A stretch of DNA of 62,400 nt from IMG/VR virus record IMGVR_UViG_3300046718_000268; one strand, given 5' to 3'. Origin of the DNA: a virus. Position 1 is the stretch's first letter, and each line of letters begins with the position of its first letter. Shown one piece after another: positions 45,171 through 54,371 of this stretch. The position numbers were made by a program, and so were the translations under genes. The notes below the pieces were generated by a model. It was not told the origin of the DNA. It searched no databases and worked only from the letters and a program-made list of their open reading frames with translations.

Positions 45171-45618
45171 GAAGTTCCTTTCGTGCTTGTGCCATCGCAC
45201 GTTTTGCCTGTCTATCGCAATGTTTATTTGACAGATAGCGTGGTTCGCCACGACTAGTATGTCCTTTGATGTGACGAAAGTTAACTTCAATCCCTCGTGA
45301 GAGGTTTTGATAGACTTTGACTGCATGCTTTTCACAGTCTATCGAAACTTCTCGCTTCTTCATAAACGCCTGAATTGCTGCCTCGCTGTCAGTCTGAATT
45401 AATACTCGCTCGGTAGGTAGAAGATAGCCGATTTGCTGTACAATGAATAGAGCGCTACAGACAGCCTGCATCTCGGCAATGTTACTGCTCGATAGCTTGC
45501 CTTTCATAGGATGGCCGCCACCGATCTTTCCTCGATCCGATGCAATCCAATAGCCGTAACCGGCAGCGCCGGTGTCTGGACACCAAGAAGCATCGACTAG
45601 AACGGTGGCGGCGTACAT
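45124..45618 (-). CDS. RNase H (RNase HI-like)
   Basis: LVDASWCPDTGAAGYGYWI, NIAEMQAV, IQTDSEAAI, HIKGHT motifs (DEDD-type). Confidence 0.7.
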   Translation of the reverse strand: MYAATVLVDASWCPDTGAAGYGYWIASDRGKIGGGHPMKGKLSSSNIAEMQAVCSALFIVQQIGYLLPTERVLIQTDSEAAIQAFMKKREVSIDCEKHAVKVYQNLSRGIEVNFRHIKGHTSRGEPRYLSNKHCDRQAKRAMAQARKELHEIETNSTRKASRKA

Positions 45619-45620
45619 TC

Positions 45621-45851
45621 CTACTCCATTGCCGACGATAGAGTGTCGACAAGATTTTCGATATCGTTTGCTAGCTCCGAAAGGGCGCCAGCTGTCTCTT
45701 CCATCTTCTGCCCGTTCTCGGCAGCTTGGAGGCCTTCGGACAAGTTATCGAACTTATCCTGTTCCTCCTGCCCGATGTCGGTGATGATCTGCTTTGCCTC
45801 TTCGAGCTTGGTCTTGGCTTCCTCCAACTTCTTTCTTCCATCAGCGTTCAT
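45621..45851 (-). CDS. hypothetical coiled-coil protein (76 aa)
   Basis: Start at MNADGRKK with GAGGAA RBS. Confidence 0.45.
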   Translation of the reverse strand: MNADGRKKLEEAKTKLEEAKQIITDIGQEEQDKFDNLSEGLQAAENGQKMEETAGALSELANDIENLVDTLSSAME

Positions 45852-45852
45852 T

Positions 45853-46314
45853 TTATTTCCTCGCTTTGGATGTGGATGGCGGTTTGATATCCAGACCCGG
45901 CATGCCATCCTTTATGATTAGGGCCTGGTCGATGAGCAAAAGCTCTTCCGCAGTAAACTTACGGTATTCAGCGACGATTAGTTCGGGTTTACGTTTGATG
46001 AACTTATCCGAGCTAATGTTCTTAGCGCGGAACTGCTCTTGAAGAGATTCCAAAGCGCCAGGATCGACTTCGCGGCTGATAACGCGAACGCCTTTCATCT
46101 GATAGCCATCCGGCATGATGAAAGTATTCGTGCCTTCTTCCGCTGCTGGAAAGAAGTGTCTGAAGATAACAGGCCTTAGAAGGGCTTCGCGAGCCTTCCA
46201 TTTGGCGAGTTCTGCTTTCGCCTTGTACCATACGGCGACATCGTCCATGGTAACGGTATGTTCGGGAATTGACACCATTTCTCCTCTCGTTGGGTTAACG
46301 CTTGCATGGTACAA
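45853..46314 (-). CDS. hypothetical protein (153 aa)
   Basis: ORF only. Confidence 0.5.
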   Translation of the reverse strand: MYHASVNPTRGEMVSIPEHTVTMDDVAVWYKAKAELAKWKAREALLRPVIFRHFFPAAEEGTNTFIMPDGYQMKGVRVISREVDPGALESLQEQFRAKNISSDKFIKRKPELIVAEYRKFTAEELLLIDQALIIKDGMPGLDIKPPSTSKARK

Positions 46315-46348
46315 TAAAATCAGGAACCATGCAAGCGTTAATTCCAGA

Positions 46349-46741
46349 TTAGCTCAGTGTCTTATATTCTTTTGGAACTTCTTTCTTGTCGGCTCGGACT
46401 TGTGCTGATTGGTCGCTGTATTTATCGCCGTAGCGTTTGGCGAGCTTGGTGGCATTGTGGTCAAGCGTCTCCTGCCGCGTAATATCGAAAGCCTGACGCA
46501 AACCTTCCATATAGAATTCGAGATCGCCAAGTTCCTCGATAACGCTGTATTTCATTTCATCGGTGAGTTCTGCGTTATAGATAATATGCTTTTTCACAGC
46601 ATCGAAAAGCTCGCCGGCTTCTCCTTGAATGCAGCTTGCGTGATGCCACATTTCGCACTTGAGTCCGTTTAACGATTTAAGAATTGCATTACCTGATTTA
46701 GCAAGCGAACGAACCATTTCGCTATAGATGATTGTAGTCAT
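46349..46741 (-). CDS. MazG-like nucleotide pyrophosphohydrolase
   Basis: EAGELFDAVKKHI...EELGDLEFY EExxE/D-type motifs. Confidence 0.75.
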   Translation of the reverse strand: MTTIIYSEMVRSLAKSGNAILKSLNGLKCEMWHHASCIQGEAGELFDAVKKHIIYNAELTDEMKYSVIEELGDLEFYMEGLRQAFDITRQETLDHNATKLAKRYGDKYSDQSAQVRADKKEVPKEYKTLS

Positions 46742-49140
46742 TGAAAGCTCCTTGGCGCTTCGAGAACTTGAAACAATCTTCCATTAAACTGAAATCGTTT
46801 TCCAACTTCAGCTTTTGGAAGTTCTAGAATATTGCCACTATCGATGAGTGATTTTAACGCTGCATTGAGGGCATGTTGCGTTCCCATCTTAGCAGATTTG
46901 AATGCTGTGCTTGATCCAACATGCTGTTGAATGTATTTGTATGCAATCATGCCGGCAACTTTGAATTTTTGTTGATTTGCATAAGTCGGCGACAGAGCAT
47001 TAGCAAAATAATAATCAATGATATTAAGAATTTTCTTCTCTCTAGATGTATCAGAAACTCCGACATCTCCTTCAGTTATATGCCGACCCATAATATCAAT
47101 ATCACGTCTAATAACTTCCATGCCCCATGTTACTTGTTCAGGAATAATACATGGGAACATAAAATTTTCAAGAACTGCAAGTAATGCTGCGATACGTTGT
47201 GCTTTCAATGATGCACGATTCCACATATGTCTTTGAGAGTTATCTCTTGTCGCATTAATCTTAATTCTACATTCATTATCGAAATCATTAATCATCCTTG
47301 CAGCTTCTGCAGTTCTCTGAACAGAAATTACTGATTGTAGAGATTTAGATGTCCGATCGGCATGAGTTCCAATCTTTGCAAGTAATTCAATCAGACCATC
47401 GTTTGGTTTTTGTATGATGTTTGGATTTGCCATCGGCCGGTCGCCGTTATATTCGATACAAACAAATCGAGATAGGAATCCATCTTCCATCATATCTTCA
47501 GTCAAAGATTGATAAAATGTTTCTGGAGTTGACTCGCCGACCATACTATAGGATACTCCACTGATCGACTGTATATTCTTATCTGCCTGAGAATAACGAA
47601 TGCCACCGACAATTGCGGATGGTCCAGATTTTTGATAGAGATTGATCATTGCAGTTCGCAATGTATCCATCGGGCCACTTGTCTCAATTGCCATACGACG
47701 GAGTTTCTTACCCCATTCACCGACTACATTTAAGAAACATGGATTTTCAGAACATGCCTTTGTCAATGCTGGTCCCGACGCCATATCTCGGAAGTCAACA
47801 AAATTAGAAAATATCGGCAGTTTTTCAGTCACAGCTTTGACTAGAAAGCTAATGCCTTGATGCATACCTTCTTTACCGATGCCACTCTTTGCTATGAGAA
47901 TGACATATGTATTCAAGCCTGAAAGAGGTATCGTCCATCCCTTACCACAAACTCCGGCCAAGAATCCGAGTGTTGCAGCGATACTAACCTCTTTCACGGA
48001 TAGGTAACTAGACTCATAAATGAATCGGGCTATGTGCCCGGCTACGCCAGGAGGCCATGGAATGCCTTCATTACCGGCTGCATATGCTTCAGCCGTTATC
48101 GGAGCTCCTGCCATAAATTGGGCTTCAGGAACTTGTAACGGTATGACGGGATCAGGTTGATTAGGTATATGCAAAGGATGAATTTCAACAGGATTATGAC
48201 TTCCTTCCATTTCTTGAATTTGCTTTTGAAGTCTCTGTTGATCCAACCATTGCGAAGTAAGTGCATCGCCATTCGCCATAAGAAGTTGAATTTGTTCCTC
48301 TTCATCCTTTTGACGAGCACGAATGGTCTTTAATGTTCGATTTATATAATCGTCATTCTTTGTTGCTTTTTCACGTTGACCGAGTATACTCATTCGAAAC
48401 GTATCGCGAACTAGAGAATTACTTTTGCTATAGAACGTCAATATCGACATAAGTGCAAGATCGGCTTCTGATTGAGATGGATATCCCAATCCTTTCCAAT
48501 CCCCTTGCCAAAGCTGCTCGAACTTTGTTCCGTTTTCGGCAGTGAGTGAAGTTTGAATTAATTGCCAGCTCGGCATCTCCGCAGGAAGATTATCTAGCTC
48601 AATATCTTCAGATCTATTAGGACGAAGATAATTAACAAGGTCAAATAGAGCGAGATCCCTATTGCCGATTGGCTTTTGCCAAGCCACGTTTCCCGTGCAA
48701 ATGATGAAACGATCTTGCGAATAGACTTCGATTCCATTCTGTCGCACTCCGCGACCGATATTACCGCGAATCCAAGTGTGGTAGCCTTTTCCGGATTGAG
48801 ATCGCTCTGTGTACGAATCAAATTCTTCCATCAATCGATAGTAAAGATTCATGGATTCTTGAGAGGTCCATTTGTCTGGTTGATTCGGAGCGTTCTGTGC
48901 ATCTTTAACATCGAAATCTACGCATGTAAACGGATCGTCTGCACTCAGAACATAACCGACGTCTAGCTGTCGATTCCATGCGTACTCTGCCGCTTTATCG
49001 AACGGCATCCATGTCTGAGGTTCATTTACCTTGGCATTAATAAGACCTGATCCATTAATTGTGAGTGGTTCCTTTCCGGAACCGGCGATGCACCATTGAG
49101 CTCGAGAGCGCAGCTCCCAAGGGATATCGGTCCATGCCAC
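46738..49140 (-). CDS. primase-polymerase (prim-pol) / PriCT-2 / helicase-like replication protein
   Basis: CVDFDVKD prim-pol acidic motif; PSQSEADLALMSILTFYS PriCT-2-like; large C-terminal DUF3987-like half. Confidence 0.75.
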   Translation of the reverse strand: MAWTDIPWELRSRAQWCIAGSGKEPLTINGSGLINAKVNEPQTWMPFDKAAEYAWNRQLDVGYVLSADDPFTCVDFDVKDAQNAPNQPDKWTSQESMNLYYRLMEEFDSYTERSQSGKGYHTWIRGNIGRGVRQNGIEVYSQDRFIICTGNVAWQKPIGNRDLALFDLVNYLRPNRSEDIELDNLPAEMPSWQLIQTSLTAENGTKFEQLWQGDWKGLGYPSQSEADLALMSILTFYSKSNSLVRDTFRMSILGQREKATKNDDYINRTLKTIRARQKDEEEQIQLLMANGDALTSQWLDQQRLQKQIQEMEGSHNPVEIHPLHIPNQPDPVIPLQVPEAQFMAGAPITAEAYAAGNEGIPWPPGVAGHIARFIYESSYLSVKEVSIAATLGFLAGVCGKGWTIPLSGLNTYVILIAKSGIGKEGMHQGISFLVKAVTEKLPIFSNFVDFRDMASGPALTKACSENPCFLNVVGEWGKKLRRMAIETSGPMDTLRTAMINLYQKSGPSAIVGGIRYSQADKNIQSISGVSYSMVGESTPETFYQSLTEDMMEDGFLSRFVCIEYNGDRPMANPNIIQKPNDGLIELLAKIGTHADRTSKSLQSVISVQRTAEAARMINDFDNECRIKINATRDNSQRHMWNRASLKAQRIAALLAVLENFMFPCIIPEQVTWGMEVIRRDIDIMGRHITEGDVGVSDTSREKKILNIIDYYFANALSPTYANQQKFKVAGMIAYKYIQQHVGSSTAFKSAKMGTQHALNAALKSLIDSGNILELPKAEVGKRFQFNGRLFQVLEAPRSFQ

Positions 49141-49141
49141 G

Positions 49142-49366
49142 TTAAGCTACTCCGATTCGTTCTTCCCTTCGTCTTTTCCAAGCCAGAACATAAGGTTCTA
49201 TGAATGCGCGCTTCCAGATGGTCAACTGACCTTCAACGGAGATAGGGTTTGGGAGATAACCCTTTATGCGCGCATGAATCATGGCTGAGCGAGACACGCC
49301 CATAAATTGACGTACCTCGCTAGACGTAATATACGTCTTATTGAATTCTTCTTGTGGATTCATCAC
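49142..49366 (-). CDS. helix-turn-helix DNA-binding protein (AlpA/excisionase-like fold)
   Basis: ITSSEVRQFMGVSRSAMIHARIKGYLP. Confidence 0.55.
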   Translation of the reverse strand: MMNPQEEFNKTYITSSEVRQFMGVSRSAMIHARIKGYLPNPISVEGQLTIWKRAFIEPYVLAWKRRREERIGVA

Positions 49367-49428
49367 TTTACCAGCCCCGTAACGCTACTGTAAACGCTCG
49401 TTAAGTTGATTGCAATGAGTTCGTGTTG

Positions 49429-49770
49429 CTATTTTTCCACAGTTCTAGTCATGCCGCATTTCGGGCAGACTTGGTTTTCGTTATTTGTAAGAGGAACAAT
49501 GCTGGCAAGATACCATTCATGTTCACATTCTTTTTTATAAGGAAAGTTCTCTAATCCAAGAATGAATGAAGATTCTGGATCGTTTGATGGTACTAATACA
49601 TCAAAACCTTCGTGTTTCATTCGAAGACGTTCTGTATGAGCAGCAACCATCAATCTATCGATAAATGTTAATTCATATTTTGCTTTCTCCAGAATCTCAA
49701 AGACTGGTACGCCACGATCCTGCGCAAATACGATCGCTCTAAGAAGATCCTTGACTTTAGTAGCGACCAT
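49429..49770 (-). CDS. hypothetical protein with C-terminal CPKCG
   Basis: Internal ATG (MVATKV) of ORF 49429..49884. Confidence 0.4.
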   Translation of the reverse strand: MVATKVKDLLRAIVFAQDRGVPVFEILEKAKYELTFIDRLMVAAHTERLRMKHEGFDVLVPSNDPESSFILGLENFPYKKECEHEWYLASIVPLTNNENQVCPKCGMTRTVEK

Positions 49771-50074
49771 AGTGTCCTCGATAATAAGTTGGAATGTAAA
49801 CGCTATTAATTCGGCTGATAGCAGCTTGAATATCGGCATTGAGAAGCATTTGCCTACATTCGATAGAACATTCAACAGGTTCAATTTTCTTTACGATAAC
49901 TTCATTATTTGAAGCCATACAGACATCGGCAGTAACTCGCTGGCCATTGCTGCAATCTATGATGGTTACTCGATTAAAGATATTACCTTTTCCATCATAG
50001 ATGAGCGGACTTTTGAAATCGTCAGGATTGTAGCAGCCACCGAGAAACAGTGCAAGTAGAATAATCTTTTTCAT
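49757..50074 (-). CDS. predicted lipoprotein
   Basis: MKKIILLALFLGGC signal peptide with lipobox. Confidence 0.55.
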   Translation of the reverse strand: MKKIILLALFLGGCYNPDDFKSPLIYDGKGNIFNRVTIIDCSNGQRVTADVCMASNNEVIVKKIEPVECSIECRQMLLNADIQAAISRINSVYIPTYYRGHYGRY

Positions 50075-50265
50075 TTCGATTCCTTATATTTGAGGGTAGC
50101 ATTTTCATCAAGTATGAGAATGCAGGATGGATTATTCTTAATCTTAGCATACACGCGCTCGCCACATTCGATGCAATAGTTCGGCAGTCTAGGATTAACT
50201 GCACAGTAGAGCATATTGCAGCAAGGCATCTGAATTAGTCTAAATGGAACACGTTCAATCGACAT
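50071..50265 (-). CDS. small Zn-ribbon protein
   Basis: Start at MSIERV with AGGAG RBS; PCCN...CIECG. Confidence 0.4.
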   Translation of the reverse strand: MSIERVPFRLIQMPCCNMLYCAVNPRLPNYCIECGERVYAKIKNNPSCILILDENATLKYKESK

Positions 50266-50384
50266 AATGACTCCTAGCTGAATGGATCCGGCTAACCGCA
50301 TCGCCATAGCTGGTGACTTAGCGGGCTACTCGCCGGATCCACCCACATGACGAAGCCTTCTTGGTCAAGAAGTCCATCGCTCCG

Positions 50385-50489
50385 TCACATTTGCTTTTTA
50401 ATTGCTTCGACAATTGCTCGAAGTACAAATGGATTGATATCCTTTCCTGTTAGTTCCTTTGCAAGTGCGAGTAACTCAGTCATGGTCAT
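50385..50489 (-). CDS. very small ORF (34 aa), tentative
   Basis: Hand translation MTMTELLALAKELTGKDINPFVLRAIVEAIKKQM. Confidence 0.25.
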   Translation of the reverse strand: MTMTELLALAKELTGKDINPFVLRAIVEAIKKQM

Positions 50490-50554
50490 AGTATATACTC
50501 CAAACGGACGGGAAGGCGGATCCTTCCCGTTGTTACTTTGACCATTAGTTATTA

Positions 50555-52081
50555 TCATTCAATTACCTCTGCGAGGAACATGAGATAGTTAGTTGCGCGA
50601 GTGCGCGCCACATATTCGAGGTTCTGTTCCTGCTCGCGTGCCCAAGCTTTCTTAGCCCACGGGCTCGGCATCAGATCTCTGCGATAGATAACCACATTCT
50701 CCCACTCCCGTCCCTTCGCCTTATGGATGCTCGAAAGACAGAGCGTGTTCTCCTCGTCCTGGAACAGCGCCTCAATGCGTGCTATAAGCCCCTGGATGGT
50801 ATTTGCCTTCTCAGGCAGCGAATCGATCATTACCAGAACGCATTCGACGCGGTCCATCACAGCGGCAGCTTTCTCTTCCTTCTTCTCTTGGATAAGCCTA
50901 TCCGACTCACGCTCGGCCCACCCTATAAGCGCGCCCCGCAGTTCCGGGATGTCATGGGCTTGCATCTTATTTACCAGCGATACCAGCCCCTTGCCAATTT
51001 CGCTGCCCAGGACGTGGCATGCACGGCCCTTAGCGATGATCTTAAATGCGAGGCGTACAATTGGGGCGACGTTGCGGCATAGAATCGCGTCCTTTGCCGT
51101 AACGCATTCGAGCATCTCCTTGAAGTTAACGTCAAACTCGTCTCCTTCAATGTTCTGCTCGTGAACCTCGAAGTAAGGAACGATCTTCTTAACGCTGTCT
51201 ACGATAGCCTTCGGGCATCGATAAGATACATTAAGATACATCGTGCAAGCATTGAACTCGCGAGCCGCAATATCCATTGCATCGTTGCTAGCGCCAGTAA
51301 AGCCGTAGATAGCCTGCTTCGGATCGCCCACACCGTAGACCCTGGAATTGTGGTTATTGAGGCTCCGCTTGACGATCTCGCGTCGAACAGGATTCGTATC
51401 CTGGTATTCGTCAACGAAGATGTGGTCCTGCTTGAAGAACGACAGGTTCAATGCCAGCGGTGCAAACAGCATGTCGTCGAAGTCGATTTGCCCAACCTTC
51501 ACGGCCTCGAAACTTGCCTTCATCACCTGCCGCGCATAAACGATAGCCTGCTCGACAGTAGCATGCTCGCTTTCGAGTTCCATGTCGTGGTGCTCAATGA
51601 GAGCATAGTAGGCCTCTTCGATTCCTTCCTTAACCACAACTCCAATGCCAGCGCCCTTCGCCAGCCCAACGAGTTTCATCACAAACTGGTTATAAAGGAT
51701 GTACTGCTCTTCCGATACCATTGCCTTGAACAAGTTTCGGCACTTGTGGTCATCCGGTCCCTTGCAAACAATTCCGCGCGACTTGAAGTAATATCGCAGC
51801 GCCGAGAAACCGTAGGCGTGGAATGTCGAAACATAAACGTTGCGGAAGGAGCGATTCAGCTCGACTTCCAAGCCCTTGAGCTTTACGTTCATCTCTTTGG
51901 CGTTCCGCGTATTGAACACCAGATACAGAACCTTCGCATTCGGATGAATGTATGCGAAGCTCTGAAGAATGCTGGTCGACTTGCCGCTGCCTGCAACCGA
52001 GATAAGGTTGCAGCTTCCTTTCCCGTAGGCTACGAAGTTAAAGAACTCCGCCTGCCTTTCTGAAGGGATAAACTGTGCCAT
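50555..52081 (-). CDS. UvrD/Rep-family superfamily-1 helicase
   Basis: VAGSGKST Walker A, FVDEYQDTN motif II, VHKAKGREW-like SIHKAKGREWENV. Confidence 0.85.
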   Translation of the reverse strand: MAQFIPSERQAEFFNFVAYGKGSCNLISVAGSGKSTSILQSFAYIHPNAKVLYLVFNTRNAKEMNVKLKGLEVELNRSFRNVYVSTFHAYGFSALRYYFKSRGIVCKGPDDHKCRNLFKAMVSEEQYILYNQFVMKLVGLAKGAGIGVVVKEGIEEAYYALIEHHDMELESEHATVEQAIVYARQVMKASFEAVKVGQIDFDDMLFAPLALNLSFFKQDHIFVDEYQDTNPVRREIVKRSLNNHNSRVYGVGDPKQAIYGFTGASNDAMDIAAREFNACTMYLNVSYRCPKAIVDSVKKIVPYFEVHEQNIEGDEFDVNFKEMLECVTAKDAILCRNVAPIVRLAFKIIAKGRACHVLGSEIGKGLVSLVNKMQAHDIPELRGALIGWAERESDRLIQEKKEEKAAAVMDRVECVLVMIDSLPEKANTIQGLIARIEALFQDEENTLCLSSIHKAKGREWENVVIYRRDLMPSPWAKKAWAREQEQNLEYVARTRATNYLMFLAEVIE

Positions 52082-52281
52082 CTAATAGTCCTTTCCGAGC
52101 GACTGATTGCGGCGCTCTGTTAACGTCTGCACAGTATGCACGAATCGAGCGGATTATGCAAGCCCTATTTTACGGAATATCCACCTTCTGGCCTTTGAAA
52201 TGCTTTGTCGCCTTACGCATAGCTTCATGAGAGATAACACTATCTGAGCTCATCATCTCTCGCAGGCATGTTCTGAATTCT

Positions 52282-52536
52282 TCACTCATGTTTCGGTATC
52301 CTCAGTGTCGGGACGGGTTTGCCTTCGAAGTTTCGGTTCGGTACGGGCGCAAGTACAGTAGGAGGTGGTAGTAAGATTAAATCTGTAGATTTCATTCCTT
52401 CCGGCTGCGGAATGAACTGCTGATCTGGTGGAAGTGTGGTTAACGGCGCACAACCACGAATCGGAATATCACTCCCAGGCGGTGTGTAGATGAAACATTG
52501 TGCCTGACAGATGCCAATGAGGATGAGCTGCATCAT
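52282..52536 (-). CDS. hypothetical protein (84 aa)
   Basis: ORF only. Confidence 0.4.
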   Translation of the reverse strand: MMQLILIGICQAQCFIYTPPGSDIPIRGCAPLTTLPPDQQFIPQPEGMKSTDLILLPPPTVLAPVPNRNFEGKPVPTLRIPKHE

Positions 52537-52760
52537 GACACGGTCTTCTCTATTACCACACTGATGAAGTACATTCCGGCGTGGCAGAAATCACCTCTCC
52601 ATAAGATACCATGAAGGTCCAGCGATACAGCAGGATGCGTGTTCCACACATACTGGACTGTTTCATGCAGCATCTTTGACAGGCGCAAATCTGCTGCCCG
52701 TTGTGCTGACATCTTCTCATAGAAGATATTGCCATCGTATTCGAATACGGTCTTTGTCAT
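52533..52760 (-). CDS. hypothetical protein (75 aa)
   Basis: ORF, coupled overlaps. Confidence 0.45.
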   Translation of the reverse strand: MTKTVFEYDGNIFYEKMSAQRAADLRLSKMLHETVQYVWNTHPAVSLDLHGILWRGDFCHAGMYFISVVIEKTVS

Positions 52761-52978
52761 GATTGAATATCTTCTAGAAACGCCGGCCGGTGAGCGATCA
52801 ATGGTGCGTCAAAGTGATCTTCGTAGAATTGATAGAGGTCTTGGATTGCTTTCAACTTAGAGGGGCCAGACCCATACAAGCCATCTTCCTCGTAACCGTC
52901 CAAATAAGCACGCCAGTCGAAGTTTCTAACCGGAATGGGCGGATGATCGTAAGTGAAACGGACTAGATGTGTGGTCAT
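52757..52978 (-). CDS. hypothetical protein (73 aa)
   Basis: ORF, coupled overlaps. Confidence 0.45.
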   Translation of the reverse strand: MTTHLVRFTYDHPPIPVRNFDWRAYLDGYEEDGLYGSGPSKLKAIQDLYQFYEDHFDAPLIAHRPAFLEDIQS

Positions 52979-53484
52979 TTGAGAAGATCTCCAAAGACGC
53001 TCTTGTATGCAGGAACGCTAGCAGACTCAGGATTCGATTGCAAGCGACTTTCATACAATTCAATTTGAGCATAGTATTCGATAATATTAGCGTCACGCTG
53101 TTGAATTTGATCGTTATTCCATTGTTCGAATGAAGTTACACCTTCCTGGTGAAGTTTATCCTGTGAAAGGATTGATTCGTAGAGCTGTAGGAGAAATGGA
53201 TCATTTGGAGGTGGAAAGGGCAACGGTCCAAGATTTCTAACCACAATGCTACGAGTAGTTGGATCAGTTGGTTCAGGTTTAAGAGGAGCAAGTGCTTTTT
53301 TGATTTGGAAATCACGTGCTCGAGCAATCTTAGTATATTCGGCAGCAGGTAAATCTGCGATATCTGAATATTTTCGAGGACGGCCGTTAGGTTTGATTGA
53401 AAAAGTAGTTGGGGTTAGGCGAGGAGGATTAGATGGAGGGTTTGTTGGATTGGTAGGATCGGATGGAGGGTTGGATGGTGACAT
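52975..53484 (-). CDS. first gene of leftward operon; Pro/Asn-repeat N-terminus with GRPRKY (AT-hook-like)
   Basis: ORF; its ATG lies 6 nt downstream of a TATACT -10 element. Confidence 0.5.
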   Translation of the reverse strand: MSPSNPPSDPTNPTNPPSNPPRLTPTTFSIKPNGRPRKYSDIADLPAAEYTKIARARDFQIKKALAPLKPEPTDPTTRSIVVRNLGPLPFPPPNDPFLLQLYESILSQDKLHQEGVTSFEQWNNDQIQQRDANIIEYYAQIELYESRLQSNPESASVPAYKSVFGDLLK

Positions 53485-53490
53485 GGTGAA

Positions 53491-53519
53491 AGTATAGCAG
53501 GGAAAGGACGATAGGGCAA
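53491..53519 (-). promoter_or_regulatory. leftward promoter TTGCCC-N17-TATACT giving an apparently leaderless mRNA
   Basis: - strand CTTGCCCtatcgtcctttccctgcTATACTttcaccATG; only 6 nt between the -10 and the ATG at 53484. Confidence 0.5.
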
Positions 53520-53861
53520 GCAGATAAGTGTGAGGAGTTAGTTTTGGCTTTCTTTTGACAATTGCATTATTTTGAGTGCAATAGCTGGCTGGTAAATATT
53601 GGCTCGTAAAGAAAGGGAAAGTATGTTCTAATCTAGTTGGTCTGGCGATGCCGGCCGACCTTCACTATCTCTTAGTTTCGACTTTTGGCAACTATTTCAA
53701 AATAATACTATAATATATAATATATCTAATTAAGTAGTTGTTTTCTAAAGGTATTCTTAAATTCGACTATTTTTTTTCGAACTCCAAGACGTACTAAATA
53801 TTAGTTCATCGATGTTACGGCCATTAACATCGACCTAAATGCTATTTGCCAAAACTATTAA

Positions 53862-53968
53862 GAAGCATGCTTCGGGAAATCCATTCCTTCAAGAAGCATG
53901 CTTCGCGAATTTCGATTTTAAAGAAGCATGCTTCGGGAAAGAAGCATGCTTCTGGAGAAGCATGCTTC
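53862..53968. repeat. array of five exact 12-bp palindromes GAAGCATGCTTC (operator/iteron-like)
   Basis: Copies at 53862, 53893, 53923, 53941, 53957 (start-to-start spacing 31, 30, 18, 16 bp). Confidence 0.85.
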
Positions 53969-53994
53969 GGGAATGACGGTTTCGTCCCAGTTCG

Positions 53995-54027
53995 TACCGG
54001 TCGTCCCTCGATTTACCGGTCGTCCCT
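53995..54027. repeat. direct repeat TACCGGTCGTCCCT x2
   Basis: 53995-54008 and 54014-54027, followed by hairpin CTGCATCGGGGATGCAG. Confidence 0.6.
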
Positions 54028-54146
54028 GCATCGGGGATGCAGTGCAACTTTACACGAACAAGATGCGCGGCTCGTGCAGGTTGCAATCGAAAACCATATC
54101 GATGCCATGGTTACTTCGAGTAACTGCGATGTCGACATGGTTTTTC

Positions 54147-54172
54147 GATGCAACTCACGATTGAGTTGCATC
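54147..54172. promoter_or_regulatory. 11-bp inverted repeat GATGCAACTCA-cgat-TGAGTTGCATC
   Basis: Perfect arms at 54147-54157 and 54162-54172. A related imperfect palindrome GATGCAACTAATTATTAATTGCATC lies near 55740. Confidence 0.5.
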
Positions 54173-54280
54173 AGAATATCCACTTCGAAAGTAGGGGCAA
54201 AAATCTGCATCGCGACTGTATTATGGTAGCACAAAAGTTCGAGCGGCGCAAGCTGAAAGTCTGTGGAAAACTTTTTTGAG

Positions 54281-54289
54281 TTATCCACC
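54281..54289 (+). promoter_or_regulatory. DnaA-box-like element, variant TTATCCACC (copy 1 of 8)
   Basis: gagTTATCCACCgatttttgact. Confidence 0.5.
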
Positions 54290-54371
54290 GATTTTTGACT
54301 TGTGCTCGCCTGTCGATTTTGGTAGGGCCGAAATCGAGCTAGCACATCAAGCCGGCGAGCGCAACGATATA

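Noticed and set aside
44958-45335. Full-length 125-aa ORF overlapping RNase H in another frame
   Set aside because: The upstream two thirds overlap the well-supported RNase H gene. Only the distal 70-aa portion (44958..45170) was kept, at low confidence.
49142-49366. Excisionase, implying a temperate lifestyle
   Set aside because: No integrase, attP-like site or CI/Cro-type switch was found anywhere in the genome, so it is called only a small HTH DNA-binding protein.
50347-50541. 64-aa + strand ORF
   Set aside because: It is the only + strand ORF in a long - strand operon. The same interval holds a small - strand ORF with an RBS, and the + translation is Ser-rich low complexity.
51161-52063. 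300-aa + strand ORF antisense to the UvrD-like helicase; similar cases at 42277..43038 +, 38194..38834 +, 6145..6993 - and 54922..55543 -
   Set aside because: These are GC-rich antisense artefacts. The opposite strand carries clear helicase, SSB, capsid or paralog motifs.
53862-53968. Possible CRISPR array
   Set aside because: The repeats are only 12 bp, perfectly palindromic and irregularly spaced at 16-31 bp. There are no cas genes and no spacer-like unique segments of uniform length.
53846-54229. 127-aa ORF with repeated KKHAS peptide
   Set aside because: The repeats are simply the translation of the GAAGCATGCTTC palindrome array. There is no RBS and the ORF sits in a non-coding control region.
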